Shown one piece after another: positions 58,227 through 64,000 of a DNA stretch of 64,000 nucleotides. The DNA is from Thraustochytrium aureum. Its lineage: Eukaryota. The notes under the pieces are model-generated. The model was not told the DNA's origin, did not search any database, and saw only the letters and a list, made by a program, of their open reading frames with translations. Position 1 is the first letter of the stretch; the number at the start of each line of letters is the position of its first letter. The DNA lies in the NCBI GenBank assembly GCA_012862495.1, contig BLSG01000428.1, forward strand, positions 1 through 64,000. Reading direction: 5' to 3'. The position numbers were made by a program, and so were the translations under genes.

Positions 58227-59562
58227 NNNNNNNNNNNNNNNNNNNNNNNNNNNNNNNNNNNNNNNNNNNNNNNNNNNNNNNNNNNNNNNNNNNNNNNNNN
58301 NNNNNNNNNNNNNNNNNNNNNNNNNNNNNNNNNNNNNNNNNNNNNNNNNNNNNNNNNNNNNNNNNNNNNNNNNNNNNNNNNNNNNNNNNNNNNNNNNNNN
58401 NNNNNNNNNNNNNNNNNNNNNNNNNNNNNNNNNNNNNNNNNNNNNNNNNNNNNNNNNNNNNNNNNNNNNNNNNNNNNNNNNNNNNNNNNNNNNNNNNNNN
58501 NNNNNNNNNNNNNNNNNNNNNNNNNNNNNNNNNNNNNNNNNNNNNNNNNNNNNNNNNNNNNNNNNNNNNNNNNNNNNNNNNNNNNNNNNNNNNNNNNNNN
58601 NNNNNNNNNGCTGGGCGCCGCCAGAACTTGCGGCTGGAACCTTTGCGAGCCCGTCAGTGTCGAGCTCATGAGCGAGGTCCTGGGTCCGCTCCAGCGCGCA
58701 GCCCAACGCAGTGTCGCAGCGAGACACCCCGGTCGATGCTGTCAAAGGCTTGGCAGTGCCTCATCGTTCAGCTTGTGGAGGTCGCGCCGGCCGTCCTCTC
58801 GTTTCGCGCACATGAGTACACGTCCCCGACAATGCAACCACGTGATGTAGGAGATCAGCCCCGAGTCTGGGTCCTCTCACCAGCGCGCGGCCTCAGCAGG
58901 GCAGCGCGACTCCCCCGGGCCCAGCAGTGCCGCTTCGTGGAGGTCGCGCCTTCTGTCTCTTTTCGTCTCATCAACTCGAAGAGCAGAGGAAGCCGTGTGA
59001 TCATCAGAACCAGGCCCAGGTCGGGCTTTCGCGCCGCGCGAACCTCGTCGCTTGAAAGAGCCTCGCACGTGGCCAGCGGCGCCATGGCGCTCCACGTCAC
59101 GCACGCCCGCAGCGTGAAGCTAGGGATGGACGCCAGCCAGCCCGTCCAGTAGGGAGCGAGCAAGCCTGGCCGATGAACTGCACAGCTAGCTCGAGCAGGA
59201 GCTGGAGAGGAGCACTCGTACTCTACTTACTCACTTTCCTACATACGGTTGGCCCACGCGAGCGCGCGGAGCACGGAGAGAGGCGCTCGGTTGGATTCCG
59301 TCAACAATCACCATTGTCAAGTGCGGGACCAACGTGCGTGTTTCGACCAGGCTCCGCGCTTTTTCTGCGCCGTTTGACGCGAGTCCAAACAGCCAACGAG
59401 CAGAGCCTCCCGAGCGCGCCCGGCGGAGGCCCCAAACGCGAAGGCCCCAAACGCGAAGGCCCCAAAGGCAAAGGCCTCAAGCGGACGGCCGGACGGACGA
59501 CGCGAAGAGCCGCTAGCGAGCAAGCAGCCTGTGCGAACCGGGATTCGTGACGCAGGAGCTGC

Positions 59563-61130
59563 GTGCGAGACAGGCTGCCTGGAACGGTCGAACCCCTGCT
59601 TGAATCGGTCAACAGAAGAGTGTTTGGCCCAGCAGTGCTCGCGCCTGGCACCATGTTTGTCACGACTTGGGAAGAAGTGGAGAGCGCCCAGGTTGGCAAG
59701 CCAAGCACGGTGCCGGAAGGCGCCTCTGAGGCTGCCGGCCCGCTTGTCGTCGTATCGTGCTACACAACGTTTGGCGAACTCGCGCATCAGCCGCGTGGTA
59801 CCGAAGCCGAATTTAGCTTGTACACGTACCGACTGGACGTTTCTGATGGCAACTTGACGCTGCTGAGTGTGACACCTGGCGAGAAGAATCTCGCCTTCAC
59901 ACGCTTCCACGCAGAGAAGAACGTGCTCTACACGTGCACGGAAAGTCTGATGGAGAACGGCCAGGTGATAACTTATGGTTTCGACCGCGCCACCGGCAAG
60001 CTGCACGAGGTTGGGCGGCAGGACGCAGGCGGGACATCGACATGCTATTTGACGCTGGACAAAGCCAGCAAGTTTATGGTGCTAGTCAACTACTGGTCGA
60101 GCTCTGTAGTGACGCTGCCGATCAACCAAGGATCTGGGGCTTTGGAGACGCGATGCGCCGCGTACCACCCGCACGGCCTAGACGCCAAAGTTTCAGTGGT
60201 CCCCGGAAAGCACATCGCGCACTCCAAAAACGACGAGCAAGCGCGGCGGCAGCGCCAGATCGACCCCCATACGCACGCCGTCGTCCTCGACCCCTACATG
60301 GGCTGCATCGCCTATGTGCCCGACCTTGGCATGGACGTTATCCACGAGCTGTTCTTTGACCGCGAGACGGGCCAGCTCAGAGAGCTCGGAAAGATCAAGG
60401 TCGGCGTCGCTGGCCACAGCCACGGGCCGCGCTACATCGAGTTCCACCAGAGCCTCTCCGTGTGCTACGTCATTAACGAGATTTCATCATGCGTGGCCGT
60501 CTTTCAGGTGAACAGAGAGGCCATCGCCGCGCTGGCGGCGTCCGGCGGGAAAACCGACGGCTTTTCCACTCCATTCACCAGCACCCTACTTCCGCTGCAG
60601 AGCATCTCCACGTTGCCGCCAGCCTTTGACGCCTCACTCAACACGTGCGGGAGGATCACTTGTCACCCAAGCGGGCGCTATGTGGTTGTGTCCAATCGCG
60701 GGCACAATAGTTTGGCGGTCTTCCGCATCCGTGACCGCCAGGCCGGGCGAATCCAGCTTGTTGGATGGACGCACACGAGGGGTGCTACGCCGCGTCACTT
60801 TCAGTTTGACCGCTCCGGGCAGTGGCTCATTGTGGCCAACCAAGACTCTGACACACTGGCTGTGTTTCAGTTCAACCTTGGGAGCGGCAAGCTCACTGCT
60901 GGAGGCGTCTTTTCAGTGCCGTCCCCGAATTTTGTTGNNNNNNNNNNNNNNNNNNNNNNNNNNNNNNNNNNNNNNNNNNNNNNNNNNNNNNNNNNNNNNN
61001 NNNNNNNNNNNNNNNNNNNNNNNNNNNNNNNNNNNNNNNNNNNNNNNNNNNNNNNNNNNNNNNNNNCTTTTCAGTGCCGTCCCCGAATTTTGTTGCGTGC
61101 TGCACGCACGACTCGGAGGAGACGGAATGA
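59563..61130 (+). CDS. 7-bladed beta-propeller lactonase (6-phosphogluconolactonase Pgl/YbhE-like); the internal gap is an overlap artefact; start uncertain
   Basis: LVNY, DPHTHAV, VPDLGMD, HGPRYIEFH, YVINE, VSNRGHNS, TPRHF, VANQDSD. Collapsing the gap gives PSPNFVACCTHDSEETE*. Confidence 0.9.
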
Positions 61131-61397
61131 CGTGGCCGGGGCCGCATGTTGCCCCCGGCGGGCATCTGTTGCTAGGGCGTCCTTGGCGTGCACTGCCTTT
61201 CGGCGGGGCGCTTGTGCGGCGCAGCGCTCAGCGCCCCTTTGGGTTAATTTGAGGACAAGAAAAACCCAACTTGTGCTGACCACGCCTAACTTGGTCTGCA
61301 ATGCGCAACAACGAGTCGCACAAATGTCACTTCTGCTTCCTCGCGTGCTTCAGCGAGCACGCGAAACAACCCGAGCGCAGAATGTTGGTTAAAAAAC

Positions 61398-62377
61398 TCA
61401 CAGCTGCAACGAACCTCGCGCCACTCCAGCCGCCTCAGACGCGCCTTGGTCGACCAAATCGTACGGGTCCCCGCACTCTACACCAGGGAGGGCTCTGAGG
61501 ACCTCGGCTGTAGCTTGCACGTCACCATCCATCTCTTCAAGCGTCCTCTCGATCAAGGCGTCGTTGCCGGCGCCGTGTATCCCAGCTGCAGCCGCAACCA
61601 CACGCACAAGGGCTTTGCTTGACTGCGCCATCGGCTCGGTCCTCTGCGCGAGACAAGGTTCTCGCCGCGTTTGTGCGCCCGCCTCGCGTCTCGCAGTTGG
61701 CGCTTGGTTGGCTTGCGGTTGTGCGATCCGTCCATGTTCTCGGCGTGGCCAGTGTCCGCTTCTGCGACGTGGGACTCTGAGCGCTGCTCGAAGGCGTCAA
61801 TGGCCGGATTGAATGCAAGCCCAATCGCAGGTCCGGTGCACTCGTCCTCGATATGCCGCACTGCGTTGTAGTGAAGCCCGTCGTGATACGACAAGTGCAG
61901 GTCGCGGCGCGGCGCGGCCCCTGCATCGCAGAGAACGTAGCTTGGCAGGTCGAGCTGGTGCACGATAAAACGAGATTCGAGAGCGCGCGCGAGTGCGACC
62001 AGTTCGAGCTGGCCGCCCCACTCTGCGAGCTCGCGCATCGTTTCGCAATAGGTTTCAAACGACTCGGACTCGTCCAGAAAGGGCGCAAAGCCGCTCTCGT
62101 CGGCCTCTATCGTGTCAACGGCGAGCTGGCGGATGTCAAAGTGCTTGCTTTGCGTGCCGTGCAGTTGAAAGCTCACCGCACGGAATAGGCAGTTGCCATC
62201 GAACTTGATCTCGACGACCTGGAGGCCGCGCCGCAGGAGCTGATCTCGCAGGGCGCTGTCTGCGTCGACATGGCGCGTCTTGCGCTGTTGCGCGCTTGCT
62301 GCCTTTTTCCCTTCCGCTTTGGCACTCTTGCCGCGCAAGTGAGGGCTCTGTTTGGCGCCCTTTGGTCCCTTGCCCAT
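61398..62377 (-). CDS. OTU deubiquitinase (OTUD3-like) with a C-terminal UBA/CUE-like region; frameshift near 61650
   Basis: DGNCLFRAV, WGGQLELVAL, LSYHDGLHYNAV. The shifted tail reads IERTLEEMDGDVQATAEVL. Confidence 0.88.
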
Positions 62378-63028
62378 GTGCGCCAGCGGTCGCGCGGCAC
62401 CAGCACCGATCGTTCGTTCCACTGGCGTGCCCTGTCCCTGGTCGCACGAGCCCACGATCCAACCCTCCCCTGGGTTGGACGGACAGTGATCGGCTTGCGC
62501 AGCGAGCGCGTGCGATTTGTGGCAGGCCCAGACCAGCGCTGGCTGGCTGGCCAGCGCAGGGACTTTGTTGGTCGTGAGGATTCTCGTGCGAAGTTGCGAC
62601 GAAGTTGAGACGAAGATGAGAGCAAGACAGCTCGAGCGGTGGTGGCGCGCCTCGGCAGCGAGCCAGATCTGCTGCGATGGAAGCACAAATCGGCGCTTGC
62701 TCGTTTCGTTCGTTGCTGTTTTCAGCGGAGAAGCATCCTCTCATCATGCACCAACAACCCCAGCAGACCCCAAGCAGGCAAGCGCAGCGACTGCGAGAGC
62801 CACCCGCGCACAGCCCAGGAGCAACGCCCACGGACCCATCCATCCATCCGGATACGCACTCGTAAGTTTGCTTCGCGAGCTCGCGCGCCGCTCACAGAAG
62901 GCGCTTGGTTGCAGCAAGCCACGAACAGCGCAACGGCGGCCGGCTAACCTTGCCGCGCGCCCCCAGCAGCCGCAGCGAGAGCAGCCGCAGCGAGAGCAGC
63001 CGAAGCGAGCGAACCAACCTTAGGTGCG

Positions 63029-64000
63029 ATGGCGCAGACCACGACGGACGGCAAGCGTCCGCCTGCCGTTGACGAGTATGTGATGGAAACCATTCTCGAC
63101 AACATCGGGCGCACGCCGCTCGTGCAGCTCAACAGAGTCAACAAGAGCGCCGGCCTGAAGTGCCGCATGCTCGCCAAGTGCGAGTTTTTCAACTCAGGGG
63201 GCTCGGTGAAGGACCGCATCGGGCTGCGCATGGTCGAGGACGCGGAGAAGTCTGGCCGCATCAAGCCTGGGGACACCCTGATCGAACCCACCTCGGGAAA
63301 CACGGGCATCGGCCTGGCCCTGGCAGCTGCGATCAAGGGCTATCGCATGATCATCACGCTACCGGAGAAGATGAGTCAGGAAAAGGTCGACGTGCTCAAA
63401 GCGCTGGGCGCGGAGATCATCCGCACGCCGACGGAGGCCGCGTTTGACTCGCCTGAGTCGCACATTGGCGTCGCGCGACGACTCAACTCGGAGATCCCCA
63501 ACTCGCACATCTTGGATCAATACACCAACCCCTCCAACCCGGCGGCGCACTACGAGGGCACAGCGGAGGAGATTCTTCGCCAGACTGGCGGAAAGGTTGA
63601 CATGGTCGTGGTGTCCGCCGGCACGGGCGGGACCATCTCTGGTAAGTTGGGCGAGGAGCGAACCAGGTTCTGAGCCAAGGGGAGCGTTGTGAGTTCACCA
63701 CTGACGCGTGCCCTCTGTCTGCCTCAGGCATTGCCAAGAAGCTCAAGGAGCGGCTCCCCAACGTCAAGGTCGTCGGCGTTGACCCCGTCGGGTCTATCCT
63801 CGCGCAGCCAGAGTCGCTCAACGACCGGAACCGCCTTCAACCCTACAAGGTGGAAGGCATCGGCTACGATTTCATCCCGGACGTGCTGGACAGGAGCCTT
63901 GTCGACGAGTGGATCAAGAGCGAAGACAAGGAGAGCTTCCTCATGGCGCGCCGCCTCATCCGCGAAGAGGGCCTCCTTTGCGGCGGGTCCTGCGGCGCTG
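63029..64000 (+). CDS. CBS: Cystathionine beta-synthase (partial, runs off the window); intron 63642-63727
   Basis: [81 protein letters not shown]. Confidence 0.96.

Noticed and set aside
60909..61095. 29-bp direct repeat flanking the gap in the lactonase gene
   Set aside because: Same artefact; collapsing the gap restores a normal C-terminus.
5130..61660. Many frameshifts in conserved genes, suggesting programmed frameshifting, RNA editing or mass pseudogenisation
   Set aside because: Most sit in homopolymer runs (e.g. several overcalls at 12238-12258) and hit housekeeping genes without in-frame stops. Sequencing error is the simplest explanation; raw reads would confirm.

Overview
GC-rich, gene-dense eukaryotic scaffold from a draft assembly: many N gaps, and frequent frameshifts at homopolymer runs that look like base-calling errors. 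Introns are few and short (63-137 nt, GT-AG, several with a CTGAC/CTAAC-type branch site). Gene content and style suggest a stramenopile protist, possibly a thraustochytrid/labyrinthulomycete; this is inference only. About 25 protein genes are recognisable. Transport and metabolism: mitochondrial dicarboxylate carrier, DHRS4-like SDR, Pho84/PHT1-like and SPX-MFS phosphate transporters, CTP synthase, lactonase, cystathionine beta-synthase. Signalling and regulation: putative transcription factor, CxxHGG zinc-finger repeat protein, GRK-like kinase with CaaX, a second kinase fragment, tandem RhoGEF, TPR and F-box/LRR/ARM/SPRY proteins, Sen1/Upf1-like helicase, OTU deubiquitinase. Others: trypsin, AIG1-like hydrolase, GRIP golgin, secreted Cys-rich modular protein. 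The most unusual items are (1) a CX5R-phosphatase/short-asparaginase fusion sharing a divergent promoter packed with CGT(G/C)ACG motifs with the SPX-MFS gene, (2) an intron-containing, membrane-anchored, Cys-decorated DUF2252 kinase-like protein, (3) a spliced PBZ-finger+SIM gene missed by the ORF track, (4) a doubled PhoD-like protein lacking its metal ligands, and (5) a tandem 8-Cys peptide module. No rRNA, tRNA or CRISPR was seen. All family assignments come from motifs read by eye; no database search was run.
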